From: Podarcis filfolensis | Taxonomy: Eukaryota | Assembly: GCA_964270895.1 (NCBI GenBank) | Contig: OZ185448.1 | DNA: 64,000 nt | Direction: 5' to 3' (one strand) | Shown: positions 25,532 through 39,462 of the stretch, one piece after another | Position numbering within the stretch: the stretch's first letter is position 1 | Layout: the number at the start of each line of letters is the position of its first letter | Notes under the pieces: generated by a model | Seen by the model: only the letters and a program-made list of their open reading frames with translations | The model's database searches: none | Told to the model about the DNA's origin: nothing | Translations under genes and position numbers: made by a program

Positions 25532-28400
25532 GCAACTGCAACAACAACAACACTGTTGACATTTCACTCCTAGGGAAGAGATGGGCAAGGGAGATGGAAG
25601 GGGAGGGAATGCACATATGTATATAAATATATAAAGTTTTAATGGCACATCTGACATATTAAATTAGGCAGTTTTACAATTGGGCCCGGCTGCGATGCTA
25701 ACTGATTACAACTGCGTTATCAAAAGGGCAATACGATTTATAACTTGTCGGGCACGAGCCCGGATGATAAACAATAGCGGAGATCTGGTTTGTATTAGGG
25801 AAGAGCGGAAGATCTAAGGGCTAAGCGATGGGCTTGCGCCGCGTTTCATGGGCTGTATAACCGTTCCGTGCAAAAGGAACCGACTTCTCCGTTTTCTTTC
25901 TTTCTCCCCACCCCCCCTCGCTCCCAATCCCCTTCCAAGAGACTCACGCAGGGGTCTCCCTCTCTCTCTCCCGAGCCTGTCACCTTCTTAAGCAGAGAGT
26001 TATTTACACTCTTGATGCGGGGCTGTTTATTCAAGAGGCCTCGCTTCGCCCCATCCCAACATTCGAGTTAAAGGGCCCCTTCCCCCAGGATGAGGTTTCA
26101 CACACTCCGTTGGGGAAGGATGGGGGCAAAGTGGGTGGGGGTGTGTGAGAGAAATATCCCCCATTTGCTTCCTTTGGTGTGCAAAAAAACCAAAGGAAAA
26201 CAAAACAAAACAAAAACCTACCCTGAAAAAACAAACAACCCAGATAATTTCTGCAGCCTTTTCTAAATCCACACCTTTTATTAAATACCAGGCTCGTATT
26301 TTCTCAGTCTGTTAAATTTTTTAAAAATATAAAACACAACACTCTTAACGCATGTTTACGCAAATTCAGCAACTGTTCTCTTTCGTGGTGTTTACTCTAA
26401 GGGACAAGCAGGAAGGATCGCAACCTTTTCCCCAAATAAATACCAAAACATTCATTCCTAAACTGGGGCGACGGGGTGGGGGTGGGAGGGGGCACCTAGA
26501 AGTTCCTGTGACAAACAAACAACTAGGACTAAGCGTTTTTTAAAATGACCGCAACGAGGTAAAAATTTGCCATTAAGTAGACAGCCGCGCTGCGGGAAGC
26601 TTAACAGATAGAGGAGAAAATGCGGACGGAGGGAGGGGATGATCAGAAGCACTTTTCCCCTCTTGTAAACTCCTAGCCTCCCTTTTCAATAGACTCTAAG
26701 AAGGCCTCCATCTTCGTCAAGAACCGTCTCTCTTCTATGTAGACAAGACACGCTCTCTCCCCCTTTCCCCTAAAATATTAATAATAATTCATTGATTTTT
26801 GGGTTTCTCGCTGCAGATCAAGCTCCCAACGCCATTCCTTTAAAGAGCACCTTTTGTTATGAGATTGACAACACACACAAGCACAAAAACGCTTCATCAC
26901 TTCTTTAAAAAAAATTAAATAACGCTCTGCAGAGGGATTCTCCCCCCCCCCTTTCTCCAATGGTCGTAGAGCTTAAGAAAGGGATGCTTTTAAAACAAGC
27001 TGAGTTCCCAGGTAATTTAGATTCGGACGTGTACCCTAAGCTGAAAGAGAGCCCCTCTCCGCCCACCCCTTCGCCTTTGCAATACGGATGTCTTCAGTCA
27101 CGTCTGTCCGCCCCTCTGCGGATACCTAACGCCAGACCACCTCAGCAAATCTCTTTTAAGTCCCTTCCCCAAACGGAAGACGATAGGAAAATAAACCTTA
27201 TCCTAGAAACCAACCCCCAACCCCTATGCTAGGTTGAAGAGAGGCGAGAAGGCGGGCATTTTCCTCCAAATATCTCCTAGATACCCGCTCAAGCCCTGTC
27301 CACAGACTTCCCCACCTAAGTGTATAAATGTACTAAGCAAAGTAATTCCACATTTGAAGTGAGTGATCCTGTGACCAAGAATGGATTTCAAGAGGTTGTG
27401 GACGGCTTCTATTCACACTGAATTCCTCTACCCACGGATTAGGAGCATGACATCAAGGGATAGATGCACGTGTGAGCCACCCTATCTGAAAAGCACCTTG
27501 AAGCCCAATCTATCTATTTCGAGATCTGCTAGAGCGAGAGCGAGAGAGAGAGACAGACAGAGAGAGAGAGCGAGCATCACAAGTTTAGGCATTCGGAATC
27601 CTGTGATGGAGAACTGGACAGTGTAGCTGTGGAGGGTTTGTAATATCTCCCCCCTTCAACGCACACATCCTTGCTTCTTTAAATCCACAGCTAACCACTG
27701 GACTTGCCTTGACTCGATTGCTGGCTTGGGAGTTTTTGCAGAGAGGTGCCCCGCTGCCTGCAGCCTTGTGTATGCGTTTAAATACCAGCCTCCTCCTGAC
27801 TTATTACGAGGATGAAGGGAAAGATCTCTCTCCTCATCACAACGCGATTCCTTTTGCTTAGCAGGACACACTCTCTCTCTCTGCAGTACACTTCTGGGAG
27901 ACGCCATGTTGGCTGAGTTAATAGGACAACCCAGCTTCAAGGCAATAGTTTCACACGCTTTATCTACTCCCCCTCCCCAAACACACACCGCAAACATATT
28001 TCCTCCCCTCCCCGCAAAAAAACGCCACCGAGGAGGACGAATCCACTCTTTAAGAGGAACGATGTGCTGTCTCTCCAGTAATTGCTACGGGGTTGGGGGT
28101 GGGGAACCGAGAAAGAGCGTGAGATCTAGCGTCAGACAAGCGGAGTGAATGCAATCCGCAGCGAGTAACCTTTTAAACCGGCCTGCGCGCGAGTTGCGTG
28201 TATGCTACCGCTCGCTGGCGTGCGTTTCAAAGCCTCCATTATTCTCCGCGCGATCCTCGCCCTGTCATGTCCTAAGGCAAGCTCGATCCCCCAAACCCTT
28301 ATGCTTTAACTTTCGGAATAAGATTCTCCCTTTCCCTTCACCCGGTCCAGTATAGTGAAGTTAATTGCTAGAGGGCAGGACGAAGGAGAGAGAAAATTAG

Positions 28401-28405
<5 letters not shown>

Positions 28406-28477
<72 letters not shown>
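28406..28477. repeat. Compound (TG)n(AG)n microsatellite
   Basis: Direct reading. Confidence 0.95.
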
Positions 28478-28480
<3 letters not shown>

Positions 28481-31005
28481 GGGCGGAAAGAGAGCTTCTC
28501 CCATATGTGCTTTTAATAACATTATTAATAACAATCGTATTTCAAAGGCTCTTTCCCCTGCTGTTCTTTAAGTGGAGAGTCACTTTAATAATTTTACTTA
28601 TAATTCCAACACTGGTGCTGGGAAGGGGAAGAACTCAGATTTATTTTTATTTTTAAAAGAAATCCAACCACCCTAGAGAGGGAGGCTTGAGGGAAATCTC
28701 CCGACACTTCAAGAGAAAGAGTTGCTCGTATTTAGCAGCTTTTTATAAGAGCTAGTCAATTTCACATAGGACTCCTTCTGAGTCCGGGCCCACTTCCTTT
28801 GTCCGGCTCAATTGCTCGGGGGGAGCTCCTTTGTTCTAAGTCAGCAGGCAAAGAAAAACTTTCCTTAAATGCCATAAACTCACACCTATCTGAAAGCCTT
28901 TAAACAACTCCACCTCGGAGCCTTTCCAAATATATGGATGCATATAATGGAGACAGAGAGGGAGGGAAGGGGAATGGAATGGAAAATTTACCGAGGGAGA
29001 AGAAGGAAAGTGAAATGGCGGGGTGGTGGTGTGGTGGCTGGAACTGGGTTTTTGTTGAACCCCTTTTACATTCAGCTCTTTTCTGCCGCCATCTCTCCAG
29101 TCCAAGCTCGATTAGGAAATTAACGTGGGGAAGCGAGGGAGCGGAGGGAAAGCAACGCCAAGAGAGACAGGTATATAGAGGAAGAACAACTGAGCAACAG
29201 CCCAGATGTCTGAAGGTTGGGGGGGGGGGGAGAGAGAGAGAGAAGAAGAAGAAAAATCAAGGAATGGCTTTTCTGAGGAGCTGAACATCATTAAGCTGCA
29301 ATATGCCAGGAAACACATTTGCAATAAACGATTGTTTAAGAACAAACACCACCACACACGGAAAGCAAGCAGGCCAAAGCGGGGGGGGGGGGGGAGAGAT
29401 CCTTCGAGGTGAAGTTAGAGAAGGGTTAAGTTCCCCTGTTAAGTTCATTCACAGACACAGACATCCTTTAGAGTAGGAAACAGTAACCAGCACGAAAAGC
29501 ACCACTAAAACCGGAGGATCACTCTGCTCTCTAAACCAGCAAGCATATTTATCTATGCATCTCAAAAGTGCCTTGGGTTCATAGGAAAAAGAATCATTTG
29601 CAGCCATTCGCAAAGAGTACACCCATTCCTCGAAAATAAATAAAGACAGACAATGTCTGGTCCATATGCCTGGAACTGAAGCAAGCCATAGATGGAGTGT
29701 AGTTCACAAACTGGTGGGCTCTTTCCGTATGTATGTATGTATGTATGTATGTATAGGTCAGAATGTGTGGCTGGGGGTGGGGGCAGAAAGCCTTAGAAGA
29801 GGGGACAAGAGGCTGTTTTGAGTACACCCTCTATACTGCCCTCCTCCCACTCAAATTCACAAGACATCAGAGTTTTTATCAACCTGCTTTGGAGAGCTGA
29901 AGCGCAGGGAGAGCAAGAAAAGTTGACTGTAGGAGGGGACGGAGGAAGCGTTTTTGAGTAATTTGAGGGCAACAGATACTGGAGCCAATCATTTCAGTGG
30001 GAATCTGGCCTTTTACTCAATATGTTGGGTTGAAACAAATACACTACTATTTACAGCACAATCTCCTGCGTGCTTCCTTCGGGATAAATCCCATTGTATT
30101 CAGTTGGGCTTGCTCCTAACATAGGACTGCAGCTTTAAGTGCAGCGTCTTTTGGAATCAATCATACTTATTCCTAATCATAGTTAGACTCAGAATGCATT
30201 ATTATAAGTCCTTCTTTTATAACGCTAGGTGCCTACACACACACGCGTGCGCGCGCACACACACACACACCTTGTACATTCTGTCTTATGGTCTGAGAAT
30301 CTTTGGCTCTCTAAAAGAAAAGAAATGGGGAGGAAACTATGCAAATCCACTTCTGAGTTGAAAAGATCTCTCAGTGACAACCAGCACACAACAATTCCAG
30401 AGTTCTTCTCTATGTCACAGACATTGGGATTCAGAGCAAACAACTGACCTACATTTTCAATAATGCCACTTGGCTTGAACCAGATTATATACTCACAATA
30501 CATACATACATACATGTGTGTGTTTCTGTGTACATGTGTGTATATCAGTTCCTATGTAGGCACTTAAGTGTGACAGAATTAACAGGTCATTGCTCTTTTA
30601 ACCATCTCCTCTGCAGTTATTATTACCAGTATTATTTTTTGTAATTATCAAGAGGATAAGAGGAAAGGAAATGTTGCCATCTTAGGTTGCAATCCTATGT
30701 ACTCTACGTACAGGTTGTGAAAATTATTTTGGGGCAATCATATTGAGGATTAGGTTGGCGACCTCATGAAGCCACAATTAAACCAGGAGCTGAAGCTGGA
30801 ACATCTCACCATCACCACCAAACCACCACCATCTATTTTACAGGAAACACACACAAACAACACCTATTGTGTTGCAGGCCGATTCTGAAGCAGAGTCTAT
30901 CTATCTATCCAAGGACCAAAACCTCTTCAACAGAAGAATAAATAGGAATATTTTACCCCAAGACATTTAGGAGAGCCATACAAGGTGTCAGATATCAAAT
31001 AATAT

Positions 31006-31011
31006 TTTAAT
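31006..31011 (-). terminator. Candidate distal poly(A) signal ATTAAA
   Basis: Minus strand reads GAAATTAAAATATTATTTGATATCTGACACCTTGTATGG; a CA about 20 nt downstream, then GU-rich sequence. Confidence 0.6.
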
Positions 31012-31196
31012 TTCTGAATACTTTCAATTTTTCCTTGGAATATAACACACAAAGACTGGACCAAACAGTTTTCAGTTATTATAACTTTTACAGTATACAG
31101 AAATGTTGCACTTAAAAAAAAAAACCCTTCAGCTTTTTTTTTCTTTAAAACACAAAAACTGTAAACTCTAAGATACTGAATCAACCACATTATCTA

Positions 31197-31203
31197 TAAG
31201 TGC
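31197..31203 (-). promoter_or_regulatory. miR-302/miR-430-family seed match (GCACTTA), site 2
   Basis: Plus strand TAAGTGC at 31197-31203. Confidence 0.55.
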
Positions 31204-31609
31204 CAACAGTAGTGTTATTTTTTTTTGTCATGCTGAATTCAATGGTTTTTTTCTTTTTTCTTTAAAAAAAGGGAAAATATCAACAAGTATTATAATACAA
31301 AGAGCTTGCAAATATACAAACAGATAGAGGAACTTGGTAACAATTTAGGACAACTAGGCGGAACCCAATTTTCATTCAAATTACAAAAAAGTTCACTTTG
31401 TGATGAAACCCTATGTGTGGTTTTGTGTGCGTGTGTGTATGTGTGTTTTCATCAAAACTGTGTTGTGTCTTAGACACAATTCCTTCTCCCTCCAAGAAAT
31501 ACGCATTCCCTTCCAAAATTCATGTTTTGTCTTTAAAATAGATATATATATATAAAAACCTAGTCAAGGGAAGGTGGGCTTGCGGGTGGGGGAATAGTTG
31601 TGGTTCTCT

Positions 31610-31615
31610 TTTATT
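31610..31615 (-). terminator. Candidate proximal poly(A) signal AATAAA
   Basis: Minus strand reads GATCGAATAAAAGAGAACC. Confidence 0.45.
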
Positions 31616-31671
31616 CGATCTCAATAATTATAGCTGTCGTAGCTTGGAGCTAAATTTTGGCTGACTAGTTG

Positions 31672-31678
31672 TAAGTGC
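31672..31678 (-). promoter_or_regulatory. miR-302/miR-430-family seed match (GCACTTA, 7mer-A1), site 1
   Basis: Plus strand TAAGTGC = GCACTTA in the mRNA. miR-302 repression of mammalian NR2F2 via its 3' UTR is established. Confidence 0.6.
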
Positions 31679-32124
31679 GCTTCCATCTTTCCTACTATTG
31701 TGGGGATTTTTTTTTCCTTCTCTTTATGTTCTTCTCATAAACCTTTCTGAGACAGTTTTAATTCTTTCAGAACTTTTTTTAAAAAGGATACACAGTTGTA
31801 GTTGTTTTTTTTTTTTTAAATGAAGGCAAGATTATATCAAAATTATTATAGAACCACAGAATAAACTGGTTTGGAACCAGAAAAAATACAAAAAAAAAAC
31901 CCAAACAAAACCCTATAGGTACACAGACAACATAGGACAAATTAATAATTTGGAAAAGAGAGATAGATAGAGAGATAGAGAGAGAGAGAGACTTGTTTCC
32001 ATTCCATTAATTTTCTCCAGATTCTTTTAAATGCACTTTTAGCAAGAGATTGTGTTTCAAGTTAAACACCCCAGAGAAAAGAAAAAAAGAAAAAAAATTC
32101 CTTTCCCCTTTTCTTTTAAAAAAC

Positions 32125-32127
<3 letters not shown>

Positions 32128-32179
<52 letters not shown>
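32128..32179. repeat. (GA)n microsatellite in NR2F2 3' UTR (CU-repeat in mRNA)
   Basis: Direct reading. Confidence 0.95.
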
Positions 32180-32181
<2 letters not shown>

Positions 32182-32460
32182 TAGCAACTTCTGGACAACA
32201 GGGGAATTCTTAATTCAGTCTGTAAAAAGTTCATATCACAAGTCTTTTTTTTTTTAATTAGTATTCAGTCCATTCCAATTATTCTCTCTTCATTTTTAGC
32301 CAAGATGCAACATCCTTGCTTAGCTGAAGGACGTTTAAAACAACCGCCAGACCCCAAAGTCACTCGCAAAAATCCTCCGTTCCAAAATTTCCAATTTTAT
32401 TTTTTTTCAAATTCTCTCATCTGTGGGTTTGTTTTTTCCTCTCTCCAACATTTTTTCCCC

Positions 32461-32787
<327 letters not shown>

Positions 32788-34530
32788 TCAGTATCAAACA
32801 AGTTATAGTTCCCCCTTGGAATGGTTTAAAAACCAATCCCTCCCCCCCCCCGCAATCAAAAGAATAGTAATAATGTAAATAAAATCACAGCTAAGAACTG
32901 TAAGAATGAAGTCGTGAGCATTGCAAGATAGACGCTGCTCTTGAAATCTTTTGAGACTTGCTTCCTAGCGATTTAAGTCCTGCGGAACTTGGGGGGTCAA
33001 CGTGCTTTGGGTCGATCTGCTTGTGCGCGCCCAAATCTGCGGATCTCTCCCTCCAACCCTACAGTCATTTATTTTCCCTTTTGAAAGTCAGGCTCGCTGA
33101 GTTCAAGTCTTGGACTTCCGAATAAGCCGCGAGGACATGATTCAGTCCAAGTTAAGCCCTGCTCAAGCTACAATCCCAAGCACAGAGGAGAGTCATGTTG
33201 CAGTCCTGTCTCCACGCTTCCTAGGGAGCCAGTCCAGCAAGATTTTTCCTCTGAGTAAACACGCGTTTGGATCTTCCTGTTCTTTCTTTCGGTTTCAACA
33301 GGAGCACGTGCTCTTTTTTTTTTTTTTTTAATAATATTCCAAAAGTCTCCCCTCCCGGCCAGGATTTTGGCCTGAGGTCTTGATTTTAAAATTAACCCCA
33401 AACCTTTCAGTGATCTCACCAGATTTTCACTGCATTGGGATGAGGGAGGGGGGAGAGTCTTTTGGCGGCGGGGGTGTATGGAGAAGGAGAAAGATAAGAC
33501 ATGGTCTTTCCTCACAACACACATGCTCGCATTGGGGAAATAACTGTGCTGAGTCTAATCTCAAAGGCCAGAAAAGAGAGTTTCATAAAAAAAGAAGAAG
33601 GCAGCAGAAACCCACACACGTTAAGAAACTGGCTCAACTCAGGATAATGGAGCCCCGCACCCAAAAAGCGATTCCCCCCTAAAGGAGACACCGCCGTTTC
33701 CCTCAGTCTTTGAAAGTGATTTAAGTGGTCCTTTAAAACTGATCTTGTCAGTTTAGCCTATTCAAAGGCAACCAAGCAAACTCTGATCGCTCTCTTCATT
33801 AGAGCTGTTTCTCTCTCTCCCCTTCTCATTCTCTGTCTCTCCCACTCCCCTTTCTTTCCTCGCCTTTCTTTCCAATCATACGAATATATACTTTTTATTT
33901 TTTTAAAAATGCATCTGTAAGATACGATTTTTTAAAAAGAAAAAAAACTGTTTAAAAATAATTTAGAATTCTTGCCACGCTTTGCACTAATATATAGATA
34001 TATATATTGCCCCACTTTTGACAGGCTAAAATACAATGAGGTCCCTTTTAATCAGAAGCTGCCTTTGCTCAGGTTGTGACCTTAGCTGGCTGGGCAAAGC
34101 ACTAACACATGCATATTTTTCAAAGCCATTAGAATCTAGATATAGATTCTATAGAAAGCACCAGTAAATATTATATGAAAATTCTCTACATCTAAATAAC
34201 ACATCAGCCCCAGTGCTATTGGGGCGTCTTAGCTGACAAATCCCTGCATCCGTTCCCCCCATGTTTTATAACCCCACAAAATCAGATAACAGAAGCTTTA
34301 TCTAAGCTGGGAAGGCAATTTACATACAGATCCACATTTTGCAAACAGTCATAAATTTCGCACTTTAGACAACAGCTGAGAGGTTTCCCCCACAAAGGTA
34401 ACAATATTAATCACACTACTGCAACCCACTACAACACCAGATTTGAAATCAAATGTTTGGGGTTCATATGTAGGCCTTAAGAGGCTCAGAGAAGATCCTC
34501 AAGAAGGAAATAATGTGTCCTTTTAATAGA

Positions 34531-34570
<40 letters not shown>

Positions 34571-36283
34571 GCACACTGTTCCTTTCTAGTGCTGCCTCTG
34601 ATAATTGATCACCTCTGAGTCCGACTAATTTAGGTGGGCAACAAATATTTTTGGCCAGGGGGTGGGGGCAGGCAGAGGTGTAACTGTGGAAAGCAATAAT
34701 ATATAAAAGGAAGTTCAGGTCACGACCTAAATTTTGGACAATGTCCAGAAAGGCACTCGGTTTCCTCAGACCTCCCTTAACATAACAAGGACTGGATTGT
34801 AAATCCTAATTTTCCCACATAAACTACTGATGCCTCGGCCTATTTCCTCATATCAAAGGTATTTTTAAAATGAAAGACAATATTTTAAAATATATCTATC
34901 TATCTATCTATATACCAATGAGTGATTACTTTACAGATCCTGCCTCCATTCATATGGTCATCACATGACCACTACCCAAAGCTGCACCATTACTTACAAG
35001 ATAAACACACACACATCACTATTTATATTCTGAGAATCTAGCATACTGTTAGAGGCCTGATCCGATGAATTATAATTTTTTAAAAAGAAAGTATGTCTTG
35101 AAATTATGTTGCCTCCAGAGTTAATATCAGATATATTACTCACCCAGGTTGAACCACAGCTAATTAGATTTCATCATGCATTCCATTATTGTTTTATAAC
35201 TGTAGCGCTATTTATATGCAGCAGAAAGTTGGCACTGAAATCTCTCTCTCTCTCTCCAGTCCCCCCCCTTCTTTTTTGGCACTTTTGATTGTTTAACAGT
35301 GCAACTCTACACATCTACTCAGGAGTAAGCTCCACAGAGTTTCATGGGGATTGCTTCCAGCCAACTCTGATAAAGGACTGCAGCCTAAGTGACACTTTTT
35401 CAACATGCATTTCTTTTTTGTCTTTATTTAAAGAGGAGTTAAAACAGAAACCCATAATGTTGCAATTCAGGGACTACAGTTGCAACACTTCTTCACATTC
35501 CTTATCCCCGCTGCTGTTATGCATGAGTATTGCCACTACCGCTAGGTTTTTGTATAGGGGGCAGCAACTTGAATTCCAAACACACATTCTTGCTTCAACT
35601 TATTATTATTATCATTATTATTTAAAATACACCTAGCCCCTCTGACCATGGTTTAGACCCACTTTCTCCCCCTTGGCAATCTGCTCCAAGGCCGCCAGGT
35701 TCATGAGAGTTTATTCACCCTCAGTCCTTTCCAGAATGTGATTGATTTGTTTATTGGATACTCTAGTTAGAGCTCCAGCACATATCCCCCTCCAATATCC
35801 CTTTAATTTTAGGATTCTTCTATCTCCTTCGAAGTAGGCTTTCTGCTTGGTTAAGAATTCCACTGGTTATTATATATATCTAAAAAGATCCAGCATACTC
35901 TGGTTATTTATCAACTTGCTATGCTTTAACTATATCAACCCAGAGGTTATTTTATTCGAACATTTAGCGAAAGTCTTTATTCCCCCTTCGCCAACAGTGA
36001 CTGCACATGGCTCAATAAAAAAGTTATTCTGTCCATATTACATTAAAATTGAAGGCAGAATATTTGGAGGGTTTTCCTCCTCGAAATAAATCGTCTCTCT
36101 CTCTCTCTCTCTCTCTGCTTCAATGCTAGGCACCCTTGAACTAACACTGGACGCAGCGAGCCTTACTTCAGAGTAAACATGCAATAAATAGGATGAGAGA
36201 TGTAATCTGCTCATTGCTTCTCCCTCCCCCCCCCAAAAAAAACCCCAGTTGCGGTGTTACAAGTTCAATTCCGAATTTTCTCA

Positions 36284-37153
<870 letters not shown>

Positions 37154-39032
37154 TCAATCCAAATGCACTTTTTTGTGGGTCGGGGAGAAAAGATGGGTGA
37201 GGGATCAAAAGCTTGGGGGGGGGGACTGCAGAAGGCAAAAAGTAATGCCCCTTCCTTGGCCAAACGAACAGCCAGCGGGCAAAACACAATCACAAGCGGC
37301 TCTTCCGCCCCCTCCATTCAATCGCCAGACGTATCAAAACACAATTAAAATAAAATACTCGAATTATCTTCTCTCCACATCGCTATTTATTTTTTTTTGA
37401 AGGGAGAAACTGGCAGGCAAGGGCCCCCTCCCCATATTTTCCAAACGCCGCTTTCCCCGAAGAAGGAGAGTTGCTGCTGCTTCCTTTTTAAAACTACAAC
37501 ACAATCTATATCAAAGGAGGAGAGAGATCAGATTAGAACTGCAGCCACACACGTCCATAAAATAAAATAATATCAAACAGCACGGCCTATTGTTACATTT
37601 CCTCGCCATTCATTCAGAGGTGGGGGTGGGAGCGAAGCTTTGGAAAACCCCGGGATCGGCTGTTTTTATGGAAAGTGGGCCTCTCATTTGGTTCATAAAT
37701 TTACATGGTGACAAGAAGAGAGAAAATGAAAGACAGAAAGACCCACAAAAGCGCCGAGGGAGGGGGGTGGAGAAGGAAGACGAGAATGTGGACGAGAGAA
37801 TGTTTTTTATTTTATTTTGCAGGGGCTGGATCTGGCTCCAACGTGGCCCAAGGTGGAGATTGAGCGTTTCAGAGAGCGAAGGAGGGCAGCCTTTAACCCC
37901 CAAACATAAGCCAGACACCGGAGGTTGGGAGGAGGGGAGAGGAGGAGGAGGAGGCGAGCGCAACGCCATTAAGGAAGCTACAGGCTCGCCTTTCCTTGCC
38001 CTCTCGGAATCTTCCACCACCGAGCTCCATCTTGCTCACAGAAACCTCCCTGGTTTAAACTCTGTATTTATTTGTGTGTTTCCTTCCGGTGCTTAAGATC
38101 CCCGATCGCTCTCTCCCACTCCCCCGCCCCCCGACCCGCAACCCGGCTTGCTCTCCTCCACCCTCCCAACCCCCGGGAAAAAAGAACTGGAATAATACAT
38201 AAATGAAATCTTGATTATTATCAGGGGCATAGGCCAAACAGGACCCCGCGCGCGCGTGTTTTGAGAGCGCGAGGTTGAGCTTTCTCGCCCGGACTGGGGA
38301 GGAGAGAAAGCCCCGGGAATTCTTGGAAGAAGCCTCGCGGAATTTCTAACCGAAGGGAACCTCTCTGGCAATTGACTGACTGATTGATTGATTATTGGGA
38401 TTAGCAACGCGAGGAAGGGAGAGAAGTTACAGAGCTACGTCTGAGGTTATCTTGCACGTTGTTTGGGGAGTGGTGGTGCCTACGGATCGCTGCGGGCGGT
38501 GGAAGGGTGGCCAGGAGCAGAAAGATCCCAGCCAGCCTCTGACCCCCGCCGTTGGACAGAACCCACCCCCCTGGAGCCCATCGAATCCATTCTAAGGTAT
38601 AACGCACAGCATTTTCGTGGGGTAGCCATTGTGTTTGGGGCTGGTGGGTTGAGAGGAAAAATAAAATAAAAATGGAATCTAGCTTTTCTTGGAATCAACA
38701 AGCGGGCCAATGTTTGTCAGGGAAATGCATTCCACCCACCCCCAGCCTCTCACACTCCACACCACGTTTCCTTGTCCTGTTAAACTCACCTAACCCTGCT
38801 TTCCCAAGGACAGCACCACACGCCCCATTCCAGGCCATGGCAAAAGAAGAGGAAATGTACACAAGCTATGCAATCCCAGAAAGCAACCCATCTCTAAAAT
38901 CCACGGTCCTAGTCCTCCTCATCCCACGCTGGTCTCTGTTTACATGCGCACGCAAATCCAGAGACCTCCCGCCCTCTTTCCCCTCCCCACCGGGGTGGGT
39001 TGAGAAGTGGAAAACAAATGAAATTCCAATAC

Positions 39033-39462
39033 CTTCCCGTCTCATTCCAACCTTGAGGCATTTTTTGAGGCGACAATATTGGCACTGGTTGCGGTGATGT
39101 TGGTCAATGGGACAGTTCCGGTTGGCGCGGCACGTGTAGCTGAGGTTCCTGCGGACGCTGCGCTTGAAGAAACTCTTGCAGCCTTCACACGTGAATTGCC
39201 CGTAGTGCTTGCCGCTGGACTTGTCCCCGCACACCACGCACTCGATGTGCTGCTGCTGCTGCTGCTTCTCGCCCTGGCTCTGCTGGCTGCCTTGGTTGGT
39301 CTGCGCGGGCGTGCTGGGAGGGCCCCCTTGGCCCGGCGTCTGCGGGGTGTGCGGGGCGCCCGTCGGGGGTCCCGGCACAGGGGGCGCTTGCGAAGGCTGC
39401 GTTCCTTGCGGGCCGGCCACATCGTCCTGCGGGTCTCGCCACGTGCCAACTACCATTGCCAT
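39033..39462 (-). CDS. NR2F2: NR2F2/COUP-TFII coding exon 1 (A/B region plus C4 zinc-finger DNA-binding domain), 143 codons + 1 nt
   Basis: Translates [15 protein letters not shown]...[72 protein letters not shown] context GATATGG. Donor G|GTATTG at 39032-39031. [15 protein letters not shown] and the N-terminus match NR2F2 rather than NR2F1 or NR2F6 (recalled sequences). Confidence 0.98.

Larger units (their letters stand above)
30985..32460 (-). other. NR2F2: NR2F2 3' UTR (distal end approximate)
   Basis: AU-rich sequence after the stop codon, with AATAAA (31610-31615) and ATTAAA (31006-31011) on the minus strand. U/GU-rich sequence follows the distal signal. Confidence 0.7.

Noticed and set aside
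32396-32401. AATAAA 60 nt after the stop codon
   Set aside because: Embedded in an A-rich tract with no clear downstream GU element; likely incidental.
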